Both the position numbers and the translations under genes were made by a program. A stretch of DNA of 64,000 nt from assembly GCA_009103225.1 (NCBI GenBank), contig RHPI01000560.1, forward strand, positions 806,460 through 870,459, given 5' to 3'. Shown here one piece after another: positions 11,682 through 26,422 of the stretch. Position 1 is the stretch's first letter, and each line of letters starts with the position of its first letter. The notes beneath the pieces were generated by a model, which saw only the letters and a program-made list of their open reading frames with translations, did no database searches and was not told the origin of the DNA. The DNA is from Chlorokybus atmophyticus. Taxonomy: Eukaryota; Plantae; Mesostigma and Chlorokybus algae.

Positions 11682-14562
11682 ATGACGGCTGAAGCGCCGC
11701 CTTCCGCCGCCCTGGTGGCGTTCTACCGCGAGAGACTCGGTGAGAATCTATTTTGTTGCGTGGTGATCTCGGATTGTGCTTTGACATTCTGCGCTGTTCC
11801 GGACTCCATTGTGATCACTGTAGTATGCTATTTGCTTACTCTAGTAGCCAGTTGCACATAAGAAGTGAAGTAGAGTTTCTTGAAATCCAGCAATACCACT
11901 TGTCCTGCTAGATCGCTCATTGCCCAGCGAATGTCATCAATGTGCGTACATGACAACCAGAGTTCAGAGCCATTGTGAAGTTGTGGAACATTATAGAACT
12001 GCACAATGATGGAAACGCAATGGGCTTCTCTGGCTCCACTGAAGTCTTGGATCGGTGTGCAGCTGAACAGGTTGCTTGCCGTCATGTTGCCAGCAATCAG
12101 AACTTAAGTCAGTCTCAGAGCATACAGAAGCATTGCCGTCACAGCGTGATGCATGATGTGCAAGCCTCATTCAGCACAAAATGGTGTGTGTAGTGCACTC
12201 GATGCTCATGCACGTCCCTTGTAACAACAACAACAGCAACATTAACAGCAGCAATGATACTGCAGCGGCGTTTGATGTGGAGCGCGCGGAGCTGCTCGCG
12301 CGCGTGGAGGCGTGCACGACCACGCGCGAGGAGCTCCACCGTGCAGGCTGGGAGGCACACAAACGCGCAGCCGAACTTGCAGAGCTGCAAAAGGTAACAT
12401 GCGCGTGCTCACCAGCGTGTGTGTGCGTGTGTGCAAATGCGTAGCAGTGTATAGGAGTGAGTGTGCACATGCGTGTGCATGTGTGACATTGCGTTCGTGT
12501 GCGTGCACACGTGCACAGGCACGTGTGTGTGCGTGTACGCGCATGCTCGCTCTATACCTCACACAAAAGCAACTGCGTATGTGTGTGTGAGGTTTAGAAT
12601 GGGACCGTTGGGTTACCAACGCAGGCATTGAGCGACGCACACACCTTCTTGTTTGAAGAGAGGGAACGGCTGCTGTCTCTGCAAGGGGAGAACGATGACC
12701 TCAAGCTACAGATCATCGAAAACCGCAGGAAGGTAGGGGCTAACTCAACTCTCATAGTAGATGATAGCATTGCTTAGTTACATGGCGAACTTCAGGTAGG
12801 CTGCTATAATATAAATAGCAGCTGAGCATGAGCATTCCAATCACATGTCTACACTGACTGATAATGTCGTTATCAGCTGGAGGAGTTTCTACGGCTCAAT
12901 CAGCCACTGGTCCAGCAGCAGCTGAAGGCAACATACACGCAGAAGCGTCGCCCCGAGCAGGCTGCTGTGCCTGAAGACAGGTTGGGTGCTTGTGTATGCA
13001 GTATCCGCATAACATTCTCAACACATACACCAACAGTTTGTTGGTTTGAGCAGCTCGGTGAGGGGTCCGTCCATCGACCGCGTCCTGCGCACGGTGTATC
13101 TACCCACCAACAACGCGGAGACGCTGCTGCTGCGCATCGAGTCTCTGCTGGCTCAGCTGCATGATACGGTGAGTTGTATGCATATGGAGCATGTAAGGTT
13201 GGTTGCATGTTGACTTGTGTTGTCGTGGGGCTTTGCAGAAGCAGTTCATGAACGAGCGCGTGGCTGCGATGATGGAGGATAAAAGGATTCGCGAGCAGGA
13301 GGAAGAGAGCAGAGCGGCTAGAGACCAAGACATTATCAAGGTAGTGTATGTGACTGCGTGTGAATACGACTCATGCAAGTGCATTGCAGAGTCTGTTGTT
13401 GATTGCTTTCCTTGTACGCTCGCGGATGCTGTTGCGGATGGCATTGCAGGAGTTGAGTGACAAGCTCAACAAGCGTGAAGACGTCCTGCAGCAAACAACC
13501 AGAGGTGACTGCAACCAGAGTTCCACTCGCGGTGCATAGACTCTCACCACTGACATACTCAGTAATACGCACACGCGCACACACATACGCGTGCGCGCTC
13601 GCGCGCATGCACACATGTACTCACGCACACGCATGTTTGCCCTCCCTCAGATTATGTTGCGTTGAAGCGAGACGTGGCGCAGGAGCTGCAAGAGCGGACA
13701 GAAGCGTGTGAGCGGTTGTGTGCCGAGTGCGACTCCCTGCGCGCAAGCAACGAGCAACTGCAGATGGAACACAAAGCACTCGAAAGCATACAGGTAGGTG
13801 GGTTGCATGCACACATGCATCGGTTGGAATCGAGTCTGATGTTAGTGTTGTGCTTGTTGTGTTTGTGTCCAGAGCTTGCCGTCAACGTGCAACGAGGCCG
13901 TGGAACATATACGCGAGTTGATACAGAAGCGTGTGGCACTGAAACAAGGCAACAACGGTGAGAGCAGTGGAGAGCAGATTCAGCTGAGATTGACAGAGCT
14001 TGAGAGCGATATCGAGTCGGCCACGCACGCGCTGAAGAAAACTATGCACAAAGAGCGCGAGTCGCGGATATGCGCGAGTCGCGAGGAGATACATCACCGC
14101 GACGTGCGTATCCGTGACCTCGGGGAGGCGCAGACAGCTGTTATACATCAATATGAGGAGCGGATATCTGCCTTGGAGTCGAAACTGACCAAAGCAAAGG
14201 AGGAGAATAGAACCTTAGCTTATCGCCGCGCGCTGGATATCGAGGGCTTTGTCGCTGAAACCACTGCGTTGAGAAAGAGCCTCGCTGTTGTTGATAGAAA
14301 ACTCCTGCAGATGAGGCTGTTGGATCGGCTCGGCCCCGAGGATGATCGCCTCGAGGAGATGTTGGCTTATCTGGAGAAGCGGGTCCCGTCTGGTGATGGA
14401 AGTGATGTCGTCACGAAGAGGGTGAGGATGAAGCCGGGACCTGTGCTCACACATGTTCAGAGAAAGAAGCTGGATGCCGGGCTGGATGCGGATGTCACAG
14501 CCATCAGGACGCAGCTGAAACGGATCGCTGACAAGCTCAACGCCACCACACTCGCTGCTTGA
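11682..14562 (+). CDS. CCDC77: Coiled-coil domain-containing protein 77 homologue (centriole-associated), multi-exon
   Basis: Exon 1 MTAEAPPSAALVAFYRERL splices in phase (11739/12266) to AAFDVERAELLARVEAC...AELQK, then ALSDAHTFLFEERERLLSLQGENDDLKL, matching the CCDC77 pattern ELQKALSD..LF.ERE..L.L..END.L; the C-terminal exon has EGFVAETTALRKSL. Confidence 0.8.
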
Positions 14563-15061
14563 TTGATGTTGAACGTGTTCATTGTTACCTGTGTGTATGC
14601 AGGATGTGTATGATATATGTGTGTATTCTTGTGGGAGTGGTTCTGGGTACAAAAATCACATACAAAGTTGTGTGCTAATATGCCAGCAAAGTAGAACATG
14701 CAGGGCTCAGTTGAGCGCGCACAACACGTGCTGGAGTAAACCATCCATGCCGCGCTACCTCCTGGCGCTGAGGTTGATGTTCGCATATGCACGAACAGTG
14801 AATGTGTTTATATTCTCGTCATGTCGGGGCAGTCAATACGCTCACGCAAGCAATGCATGTGTTGTCCAACGTTCAACGAAAGCGGTGTCGCTGTGTATGT
14901 TCCCGACAACGTTGGTGTGTGGTGCAGCTGGTGGATTGTCCCCATTCTGTGCATCGCATAGCGGCACAAGCGCCATGTCAAGCAAGCGACACGCAGCGAA
15001 AGAGCGCAGTGCAGTGGCCGTGCTGTGTGCCCCTATGTGCGCTTATCTCAACAACAATACC

Positions 15062-15095
<34 letters not shown>

Positions 15096-15344
15096 TCATC
15101 ATCGTTCACAACATCGTTGAACGCATTTACATCACGCGGAATCATCATCAGCATCAGACGACTGACACTGCCACTGACTGCAGTCCAACGCCCCGTGTCA
15201 TCACATCGTGGCTGAAAAGTTTGCCTTGCGCATCAACCTAGCAGGGCGGCGGCGATTAGACGACGGCGACGGCGGCGGCGGGAGTAGGATGTGACAACAT
15301 ATAGATCAAGCACGGGGACAAGCATGCAACAACCGCGCTAGCCA

Positions 15345-17596
15345 ATGGTGCCGCAAGTGAGGATGGCGGCGGATGGCAACCATGCCCACGACCACGACGA
15401 CAACAGCGACCCCAGGTCGCCGCTCGCAGCGGCGCCTCAAAGCAGCAGCAGCGGCAGCTACCACCTCCACGCCCAGCAACGAGGCCAGGCCGCCGCCGTG
15501 TTCCCTGCCAGCGGCGTCGGCGTCGGCGGGGAGAAGTGGGGAGACTCTGCCGCTGGCCCCGTCACCATCGCCATACTCGTCGTCGTCCTGGCAGGACTGG
15601 GACTAGGCATCATGTAAAAAGACGGTCGTGCTTTTCTGTCGGTTGTTGTTGTTATTGTTGTGACGCACGCTGTCGCGAGTCTGCACACGTGCACCAAGTG
15701 TCTTGCGTGAGTATGCAGACAGTGCATGCGATCGAGTGACTGCATGAGTGAGTAAAACCAGAGTGAGCGAGATCGAGTATGTACACATCTGTCATCACAG
15801 AATCAACAATCACGCGCGCGTGTGTGTTTGTGGCGTCTGCGAGTGTTGATTCTGTGATACTGATGCATGATACATGCAGCGTGCCTGGCCTGGACGAGCG
15901 CGAGCCGCTTCGTTTGGCATTGTACATTGCCGTCCCATTGTTGAGCGCGCTGTCCCTGCTGCTTCTCCTCGCCGTGCATCAGACTGACCCCGGCGTCATT
16001 CCCCCTCTCCCCTTCCAAGGTGAGGGAGAAATCAGATTCACGCGCACGCACATGCACGCACGCACCCACCCACCCGTCCACGCATGCACAGACACATTGT
16101 CACACGCGCAGATCCCGTGGTGCTGGCGGCCGAGCGCGCGCTGCAGCAGGACGCTGCCATGCGTGGCGGCGCGGACGATGATCACGACATGGTTGATGGC
16201 GTCGGTAACGGTGACGGTGTTGATGTGGAGAGTGGGTTGGCGGCGGGAGCCGACTCAGCATCAAAGGCGAGGCTGTTCGACACGACGGGAGGGAGCCTTT
16301 CGCGGGATTCGAAAGGGCAGTGGCGACGCATGCATAGGGTACAACACTTTTTTCCATTGTTGTTGTTGCTGCTGTTGTGGCGTCAAGAGGTTCAACAAGT
16401 TGCAGTGTTGGACCAGGAGGAGGGTGACAGCACTGTGTGTTGGGAGAAGTTCTGCTCCACGTGCAACATATGGCGGCCGCCCAGGGCGTCGCACTGCAGC
16501 GTGTGCGGCTACTGCATGCAGGTCAGAGACTCGCACACACTTGTCTCTCGTCAAGGCCTTTGCTGGGATGAGTAATACAATGCAAGTGTTTATGGCAGAG
16601 ATTCGATCATCACTGCGGCGTGCTTGGCACGTGCATCGCCAAGTACAACCATCGATTCTTCGTGCTTTTCTTGTTCTCGGTAGCCGCGGTGAGTATATAT
16701 TGCGGCGGGGAGCGTGTGCGCGTGAGTGTGCGTGTGGATGCATGCGTTCCCAGGTGCGTTGTGTGTGCACATGGGAACACACATGCGTCTAGAGGCACGT
16801 ATGTGCGTGCGCGGTCACATATGCGCGTCCGCGCGTGTCAACGGTCGTGGCGAGCTTTCTCCCGCACAGCTGCGTGTGTGCGTGCATGCGTGCCTATGTG
16901 GTCACACGCAAAGCCAATGCGCACACACGTACGTGTGTGTGGTTGCTTGTGCGTGGGCGTGTGAACCTGCACGCAATCACGTATGTGTACGCGTACGTGC
17001 CTTGTCGTCCCTTCTCCCTGGCTAATGTACATGTTGGTGCGGCTTGACAACTTGTTACCACAGGCAGCTTCGCTCCTGCTGGTTGCTGCGGCCGTTCGGT
17101 TGCACGACAAAGGTTGGCCCAGGTGCGCAACAGTTGCTTAGCGTGTATAACAAGTCACAGGCCTGGTGAACACTCTACATCTAGTTACACGTGCATACGT
17201 TGCATCACGTGCAGTGGGGATGTTTGGCACGACTGGAAGACGTACTTTGAGTTCATCCTGTCCTTTGTGTACGGCTACTGCGCGCTCGTCGGCTGCTTCG
17301 GCTTCATGCACTGCTTCCTACTGCTGTCCGGTAAGCCACCGATACCACGTTAGCATACTCAATAACTTGCACGCGTGCGCGCGAGTGGATGTGTGAGTAT
17401 CAATCCCATGTTACATGTATGTTTTGCAGACACCACCACCAAAGAGGCCGCTGAGTCCGGTTCCATGCTGCCGCCGCGGCCTCCTTCGTGCGGTCGTCTG
17501 TTGTCTTCTTGGCGGGAGGTTTGTTGTGGGCGCGTCACGTGGAAACACCGTATCAAGGACTGGCAGATGCAGCAGCCATACGCACTGGACGTGTAG
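15345..17596 (+). CDS. DHHC-type protein S-acyltransferase (palmitoyltransferase), multi-exon
   Basis: TDPGVIP, WEKFCSTCNIWRPPRASHCSVCGYCM|RFDHHCGVLGTCIAKYNHRFF, TTKE motif and hydrophobic TM segments. Confidence 0.93.
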
Positions 17597-18449
17597 TGTA
17601 AATGGCTGTGCAACAACATGTCGTTGTTTCAGTTTCATGTTGTTGTCAGTTTTGGCTTTGCTGCTCGTGGCCGCAACACAAGTTTGGAGTCCTTTTGCAG
17701 CAACACGCACGCACGCTCGCACTGATGTTTGCGTAATGCTGTGTTCAGAGACAGCATGAGAGAGAACACAGTGTCAGCAGAGCCACCGCATTACAATTGC
17801 AATTGCTTGTGCTGGTTGCTGATGTTGCTGTATTGTCGCCTCTGCAGCCTGCGCAAATGTAACAGACGTAACAGTAACAGCAGCCAACACTTGTACGCAA
17901 CGACTGTCCATCGATTGCCGGTGTGCAGCGTATTTTTGGGCGTGTGCGCATCAACTCGTTATGATTGTTGTACGCCACCGGAGCACAAGTTGCTGTGTAC
18001 GCGAGACCTGCACAGGTCTGATGCTAGGTTTGTCATGTTGCCTGTCTATTGGCATACACCACGTGCTTGATTACGTACACTGCACAGCATTGCATATTTT
18101 CTACACTATGCGGGCACAGTGTTTCCCTGATAAAATAGAACTATTGCATGATATGCTGGTTGCGTGTGGCAAGTACGCTGATCATTACTCCTATGGCAAC
18201 TTCGTGTCTCTGACTATTGTGTATATATATGTATAGGCTTTCCAGTGTATGTATTAATGTAAATGTATTAGTACAGCTCTTCACCACTTGTTCCAGGATT
18301 GTGCAGGTTTTTCTACTTTGTCCAGTTGCCCAAGTGTCCAATACCATACGTTTGGCAGACGCGTGTATAAATTACCCAATGTAGGCATCAAGGCTGGAGG
18401 CAATAATGCATGCGCTCATGTAAAGGCCATTCTTGAAGCTGCTGATACA

Positions 18450-18647
<198 letters not shown>

Positions 18648-21411
18648 GAGGAGGGTGAGTTGTACATCATGTTACATGAACGTGATTGTCATGATGGGCA
18701 ATGCACGTAGTGTTTCAACTCAATGTGACGAGCCTCGCTGAGTGGCTCACACTCGCTTGTGTGGCGTTTGCAGTCAGGTCATTATGCGTATGATACTTAG
18801 CAGGCATGAATGTCGAACCTGCGCATCACGGCAGCATTGCACAAAAGCGCTCATGCTAAAGCAGGGTGTGGTTGAAATCAACAACAATGCACTTTGCACA
18901 ACATCATAAGCTGGGATAGCACGAAGCACAACAAAGGAGATGATTGCTTATCAACTAGTCGTGAGGCTGCCATTGGTGCACATGATGCCGCTGGTGGTGG
19001 ACCGGCCAAAGCTTAGTACTTGTGCGACTGCATCGGAAGTATTGCTGGACGCCAAGGAATACGAGGATAAACCGCAACCTAAGTGAGTGGGGATGTCAGT
19101 CTCAAACGCATCTGTTGATGCAGTTGTGATGTAAAACTACACACCACATGTGCTCCGTCTACACACTACACCAGTAGATCATCTGCGTACTTGCATACAG
19201 TAGACTCGTTTGCATTTACATATATGGGTACATGGGTAACCATGTGGTTCGCATGCACGTGCGCTCGCACGCACATGTGTGTGCGCACTCATCAGTCGTT
19301 TCCCAACCTGAGTTTCTGCGGCGAAGTGGCTTGATTGCGGTGGCGCTCTCCAGGTCCGTGCTTACTGTGTACTGCACTACCATCCCAACCCGCGCCTGCA
19401 CTACCCTGCGTACGCTCTGCGTGACAACGCTGGCCGCACGATGACGCTGGTTCAATTAGACAGCATCACCACAATCACATCGAGCTGAGACCTCTTCAAT
19501 GCCAATGGGCATTACTGGCCGACACCGCCTCGAGGAGATGGCCTCATCAAAGGAGCTCGCGCGGATCCTTGCGCGCGTGGCTGGCACTTGGGCTCTCCCA
19601 ACTCCTCGGCCGGACCCGCACCGGTGTGTGTGTACCAGAAGAGAAAGACCCCGAGGTGGGTGTGTCGGTCCTCTCGGCGTGGCCGTCGCTCTTCCCAACA
19701 TGCTGGAAACGCGACCATCGCCACGCCCGCTTCTCCAACCGTTGGTATCTTGGGGACGAATGGTTGTTGTGTTGTCGGGTAGTACACTCGCGCTGCAGGC
19801 GCGTGGAGCGAGAGGTCACTGCTCCTCGGGTGCAGCAAGGCGATGATGACAAGACATCCCTTCTCGGTTCGGCCGTGTGTTATCGCGTGCCGCGAGGGTA
19901 TGTATGTATCCAGCTCTCAATCTCTCTCGGCATCCCCTGCGACTTCGCCTCCGAGTCACCGCTGCGCGTGTTTGTCCCGACCTCACGGCAAGGACTACTA
20001 GTTGTGCAGCGCCTGCGGGGACACAAACACCACGTCAAGCTCGCCTCAGGACGAGGACGACTATTTTTAGTAAGTCAGTGAGAGGGCGTCTGCGGGATTC
20101 TCTCAAGCATGTTGTTTGGGCGCAGTTGGAGCGCCACGGACATCTGCGCGCTACGTGTCGTCCACGTGAAGGGCCTGTGGTTGTGCAGCGACAGGTGAAC
20201 TGACTAGGTTGGCTATGCGTCTTGTGCTTGTGCTGCACACAAGATGTGCTGCTGATTGCGACGGCGACTAGACTGCTGACATGCAGCCGCGTGCGTGCAT
20301 CATGATGCCCCAAGCTGTAACATATATTGGGGACCAGATTTGAGCACGCAATACAAAGTCGACGAGGGATGTGAGTTGGTGCTAGACGTCATAAGATGCT
20401 CAGTGCATGCTACTAGTAGTACTGCTTACTCTTTTTGTCGGAATCGGATTCGTTGCCGTGATACACGCGCCTCACAGCATGCCTTAAAGGAGTAAGCCGT
20501 GCCAGCTTGCTCACCTTGTTGCACAGTTTTGAACGGTGGTACTCAACGACATGTTGCCAACACATGCTGCTGTGTGAAGCATTCTCCGAAGTGCCTCAGT
20601 CCGTGACTAGCCTATGATCAATGACAGGGCTGACCTGCCTCACCACGTTGACTTGCATGGGCTCGCATGCGAAGAAGGGGAGGGAGGGGATTGGCTCAGC
20701 TGTTCTCGGCTTCAAGGAGCGAGTGTTGCCTTGTCATGGAGCGGGCAGAGTATCCTCAGCAGTCTTGTCCTCCTGCTCCTCCTCATGCTACATATCTGAC
20801 GTCGTCCACCGCCCGGCGGTGCAAAGGCTTTGCAAGCGACGCAGCAGTTTTGAGAGGTCCCACACATCAGCTTGCATACCAGGCGGCAGATCAGAGCTCA
20901 GCCTCCCATCCTTCAAGTCTGGATGAGAAGCCCTCAGATAACAGCGCGGTGATTCTCTTGCTTGACAATATTACTGACGAGGTGATGGGGCTGACCACAG
21001 GCTGATGCACTGTGATTGCAAAGTCCTGTGGCTGAAATGCCAGGTGAAAAGGTCCAGACTTTGAGTGCTTGTCTCAACCAGCAGGATGCAATTTGGATCC
21101 TGTTGAACTCGCATGCATAGTGTAGAGTTGTTGTTCTAGCCTTGCAGCTAGTGTGGTGTTGGCCCTTGGCCGCTCCAGCTCCACAAACAAGCAGGAAGTC
21201 AGCGAGTCTTCAAGTAGGGTAAGTTGGCTTTGTTTGTTTGTTTGTTTGTTTGGTGCAGCAGTAGAGTTGCACATTCGCCAAGCCATGCACAGTGTGCATG
21301 GCCGCACAGAGAGAATTACTGATGCATGCTGCATACCATGGTCAATATCTGCACCTGCCTGCAGACGCAGCAAGTAACCCTGCTTGCTATCATCTTGTGC
21401 TCAGGGCCAAC

Positions 21412-22261
21412 ATGAGTGGTGAGCAGCATGAAGAAGCCAAGCATCTGCCCATGCAGAGCGAGAGCGACAGAAGGCACAGCGACCTGACACTGATTGTTAA
21501 GGGGGAGAGGTTCTATGTCACCAAGTGGATGATGGCCAAGTACAGCGCTGTGTTTGGCGACATGCTAGCGTCGTCCTCTCTGTCAAATGCGGTGAGCAGC
21601 TTGCTGCGATCAAGTGCTTCTCAGATAGTGAGCAAGGGGGAGATCCTACGTAATCAACTTGGAGTTCTCCTACATGCTTGGGCTTTGAGTGCTGAACAAG
21701 TTGAACAGGAGCTAGAACTTGACGATGCACCCGAGCATGTAGGAGGACTTCTCAACCACCTTTCTCCGGACAAGGACCTTCCTGTTATCAAGCAGGTAAC
21801 CATGTGACAGGGGCATTGCATGAGTATAAGGACATGCAGCATATGCTTCTAGTGAACACTTTTCACTTCAGTCCAATGCACGCAAGTTTGTTACCGCTGC
21901 CTGATTGTTTTGTCGTAATGTTTTGATGTCGTAATGTTTGCTGCAGGACAACTTGGAGCCTTTGCTGGCTCTCGCAGACAAGTATCAATCTAAGATCATC
22001 TTCGACCGATGTGAACCGTATCTGTTGGGTCATCTGTCCATTGATACTGCGCTCCTCGCTCAGAGATATGGCCTGGAGAAACTGACAGCAGCCTGTGTTG
22101 AGCACCTTACTCGCCATGACAGCACAATGCGCGAGCTTATGGATCCGAAGCTGCAGAAGTTATGCTGTGAAACGCTTTACGCGGTGTACACAGGCGCACT
22201 GAAAGCAAAAAAAGCCTACATGTGGAAGCAATACGGCTATAATCACTGCTTTGCGGAGTGA
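21412..22261 (+). CDS. BTB/POZ-domain protein, three exons (5' end uncertain)
   Basis: SDLTLIVKGERFYVTKWMMAKYSAVFGDML, ELELDD, and LLALADKYQ...RCEPYL...LAQRYGLEKL; GT-AG introns. Confidence 0.8.
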
Positions 22262-22719
22262 CACCATGCACTAAAAGTGTACTGGACGCCTGTTGTCCTG
22301 TTCGTCACTAATCGCACTACTACTCACAACTGTATATAGGTGCACTGTTTACAGTGACTTGGCCCGTGTACATATTGCATACTGAGCGGCACACATGAAT
22401 CAAGTTTAGCTGCTGTAGCAGTAAGGCATTGGTGTTTGGTGTCGCTGATTACAAAGGCATTGCGCCGCACATTTGGCAAATAGCAGTTGCGATGCCAGGT
22501 GTGTGGTGCTTGAACGCAATAACCATTGCTTGTGTGCTGTACTACTTGAGCTTTGGATAATGTTTCCACCTTCAAGTGAGCCGCACAGACTGTACCGACA
22601 AACAGACATGCAGGCCAGGCAAGGACGCGCAGCAATGTGTAATATGTCAAGGTTGATCGCCGTGCATGTCTGACCACTGCAACTGATTTGCAACCCTATC
22701 AGAAGGCGCAACACAACTC

Positions 22720-23340
22720 CACTGTACCTTTGCATTATGTTGGGCGCTATTATAACTCAACTGGCGGCACTGGTGTCTGCAAACATGCCAGACTTCAGGT
22801 CAGTGTCGCAACATGACTGCCGGTCCTGCAAAGAGGAGAAGAAGAAGCTAAGCAAGCGCACGTTCATGTAGCGCAAGTTCATGCGTGTATGATATTTGCA
22901 GGTCGTAAGCCAATGACTGCCAGGGCAAAGTCACAGAAACGCCTGATCACGCACGCATGAACTGAGCTGTACTGCTCAATACAATGGAATTGCTCACCAC
23001 AAAGTCACAAATCGACGTTGCAACAGTTGGCATGCAGACTGCCAGTGTGTGCTCCAAGTGCTGCGCGCTTGGGTGGCGGAGTCCCAGGCCAGGCGTTGCC
23101 AGAAGGCGCAGAGGTGGCCAATTGAGACACTGAATAGGCCTAGTACTTGCCTCCAGCTCGGCGAAATGTCGCCCGCCACGCCCAACACGGCTGCCACCAG
23201 CAAGTAGGAACGTCAACACCGCCCCGCTATCGCTGCCGCTCCACACAGCTCCGCCTGAGCCTTGGCCACCGATGACGCCGACACGGCCGGCAACATGGAA
23301 GCAGCTGGGCTCCGTGCTGTCCGGGGGCCAGCTTGAGGAC
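22720..23340 (-). pseudogene. Degenerate paralogue of the 3' part of the 9.2-11.5 kb gene
   Basis: Shares GCCAATGACTGCCAGGGCAAAG and the peptide LPWQSLA(H/Y)D with 9440-9480, followed by a homologous TTGCAG acceptor and exon; contains in-frame stops. Confidence 0.5.
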
Positions 23341-26308
23341 CATGCTTAACGGAATGACAAACCTACCGCAGGGGGGGGGGGAGAGGAGAAGACGGACTGC
23401 TGCTCCAGAGCAGGGAAGTTCCGGATGGAGAGGATGAGCAGACCAACCTGCTCAAGAGTATGCATGAACCGTTCGTTGTACACGGATACGAGTACTTCTA
23501 GTAATTGTATCAATGTGCATTCAAGCACATGCTACTATGTTATTTTTGATCATATAATATGAAACTCACACGGGTCGCCCTCATAAGTGATGGTGTTGAC
23601 AACGTTAAAGACTCGACAAACAATCTGCAATGTGACGTACGCACGGTGCATGTTAATGTCATCTCAACTACTCTGCTTACACGCAATTGCACGATGTTAA
23701 GCTTGTCCTTAACTTACACCGTTTTTATATGTATACTTGAAGAGATGATTGTGGGCGCAGCAGCGTTTATCAGTTATCAATGATGGTACCGACAAAAGGT
23801 AACTACATACCTATTTATATGAGCTTACAGGCGCATGTATATCATGCATTTGAGGTTATTATAGATTGTTGTACGTGAATTGTAACTCGCCTCGCATCGG
23901 TTGAAAGGCAGCTGAAACCCTCTCAGAATCGGTACAAGATGGTAGAGAGCCATATTGTTATTGTTCATGCCTTATTTTTTCCCTATAAAAATACTACACG
24001 TTTACACGTGCGTTTTAAGCGCTCGTGCCGTTTATATACTACCATACCTAACCCTAACTAATATCACCGTCATCACCATTAAGAGGTGCTCATAAGCATG
24101 CATTCGCGAGGGCGCGTGTAACGATACCACTCACTTACCTGCTAGTGAGCCTCACCAACTTGCGCACAAGCACAAAGGACTTATGCACAATACACCCTGG
24201 TGCAGCACCTCGTGGAGGGAACACACAGCACCAGAGTCGGGTAGGAGAGGATGACCGCTAGCCCTCCAACAGATCCCACACACACAAGTGCAGCCACACA
24301 CACACGCCGTAAGGGATGAGGGGGAGAGCCCCTTCAACAGCTACAACCAGGCACCCCACACACAAGTGGCCCTTAAGTGGTGAACACACTCTGATCCCTA
24401 CTCAAGGTAGCAACGGAGCTTTTATACCATTTGCCGCTCTCCCGACCCGGCACACAGCATTTCCAAGGTCCAAGGCCTTGTCACTGTGTGCTGACCTGCC
24501 AGCACATGCTGATTGTGTCCACATAGGATCTGTCCCATCACAAGACATCAACCTCGGGATTATCAAACCTCAATATCATGATTGTCAAACAGATCATACT
24601 GGCAAATTGCATGGCTGATCTGCGATTTGCCACTTGCAGCACGTGTGCTGCCCCAGTGTCACTGCACTGGCACTCCACAAGTCATGCAGAGCATATGGCA
24701 CCGAACAGCCCTGTGCGTGCTGATATACAGTGCCTTGTGCAGCTACATAGCCCTAGCTACTAAGTAGACAAGGACTGACCACATAAGCACACATGCCAAG
24801 TGCTACACACCATGGCATGCGATATCCTCACTTGGTCCCTCTTACTTACCACATAAGTAAAGAACTGAGAGTGACTTTCGCCAGCCCTTTGGGCGTGACA
24901 GCGCGTATGGAGTGTACATCGCTATCACCTTTGTAATAAGTATGCAACAAGTTTTGCAACGTTGACAAAACCGCAAAGACGCTGAATGTTTTTTCATGTG
25001 TAGCACCAGGTGGCTTGAATTACCCTAAAACTGCATGTTAACCAACATGCATGGCTTAAATATATTTGTTAGCATGCCACGTAGTCACTATCATGCCATG
25101 CGGTAACCCTGCGACGGTACTCGTATACTCGTTACTAGTATCACACAGCTCATGATGAAATCAAACAAACGGATGCAAAGACATCAATAAGATTTGTGCA
25201 AAATCGTGACCATTACTGCAGCCTCAATGCGATGTAAGAATTCATACTTAAGATATTGTTGTTATTGCACAATCGCACGTTATAGATGTGAAATATTAGA
25301 TGAAAATGCTGTATGTTCATTATTTGCACATGCCAATTGTAATTGCTCCGCTAATTCTCGATGCCATACATCATGCATGCACATGCATCAAACTTGTGTT
25401 TGCTTGACAATTATGCTGCGTGTGCCCAACCCAGCATAATTGTTCGAACCAAGCTGTAGCTAACCCAACTTGGCTTGCGTACCGGTAGTGCAAGTCCATG
25501 CAACGATGAAATTGCGCATCACTAATTTGTAGTCGGACATGCGGCGGGATAAGAGCCGGGCCATTGATTTGCAATTCACAATTTTTTAAGTTCAGCCTGA
25601 CCGGTTCAGGGTCACGTCTCTGCTCTCTCGTTCGCGGGAAAGCGCGGAGCTGCGCGGTGTCCTATTCGCTGCTCTGGTGTGCTCCTGAGTGGCCGTAGAT
25701 TCGCGGTGTTTCGATCGTACGACGCTGATTGGTTCTGCCCGCGACTGATTGCAGATATGGGTTGTTGGGTCTAAGCCTCCCGCCGCGCGACGCGTGGCAC
25801 CCGAGTGCCATGCGAGCAACCCGTCCCGTGCGCGGAGCGGTGAGTTGCTTGCTTTGCCGACGCAGCCGCTCACTGGGCAAGAGCAGGCATCCGGGCAGGC
25901 CAATTGCCTTTGCCGCATGTGACCATGCATGGGTTGATCCCGCTGCTGCACCTGACAGCGGCGGCGGCGGCGGCGGCGGAGTCTTCAAGGTCGCTGCCTG
26001 CATCTGGCGGAGTGTCTACCGCTCCTCCTCCCTCGCAGTCGACAAAACAGGCGAGCTGGGGACTGGACTGCGAGTATAGCAGCCTTGTCAGATTGGGGGT
26101 AGGAAGAGGATCAGGACGCGGCGGCGGCGGCGGCGGCAGAGGTGGTTGTGCTTGGTAGTGTGGTAGGTGTCGGTGTGTGAGAGATCGGGGTCGGGAGTAC
26201 TGTCGATGGTGTTGGTAGCGAGGGGCGGCGGACGCAGGCGCAGGCCATGAGGAGCAGAGGAGGAGGAGGAGGAGGAGGAGGCTGTCGCCCCTGCCGCCGC
26301 CGCCATCC

Positions 26309-26359
26309 ATGCACGACCCCAGGGAAGGACGAGGATCGCAGTCGTCCCAGCAGCAGTCA

Positions 26360-26422
<63 letters not shown>

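Noticed and set aside
10064-17130. Many His/Thr/Ala/Cys/Val-rich ORFs in the track
   Set aside because: They arise from (TG/CA/GC)-rich intron sequence, not coding DNA.
19300-20100. GC-rich block with several overlapping ORFs
   Set aside because: No frame gives a recognisable protein or a consistent splice structure; left unannotated.
25630-25642. E2F-like site (CGCGGGAAA) upstream of AHL
   Set aside because: A single short motif in GC-rich DNA is expected by chance; no supporting evidence.
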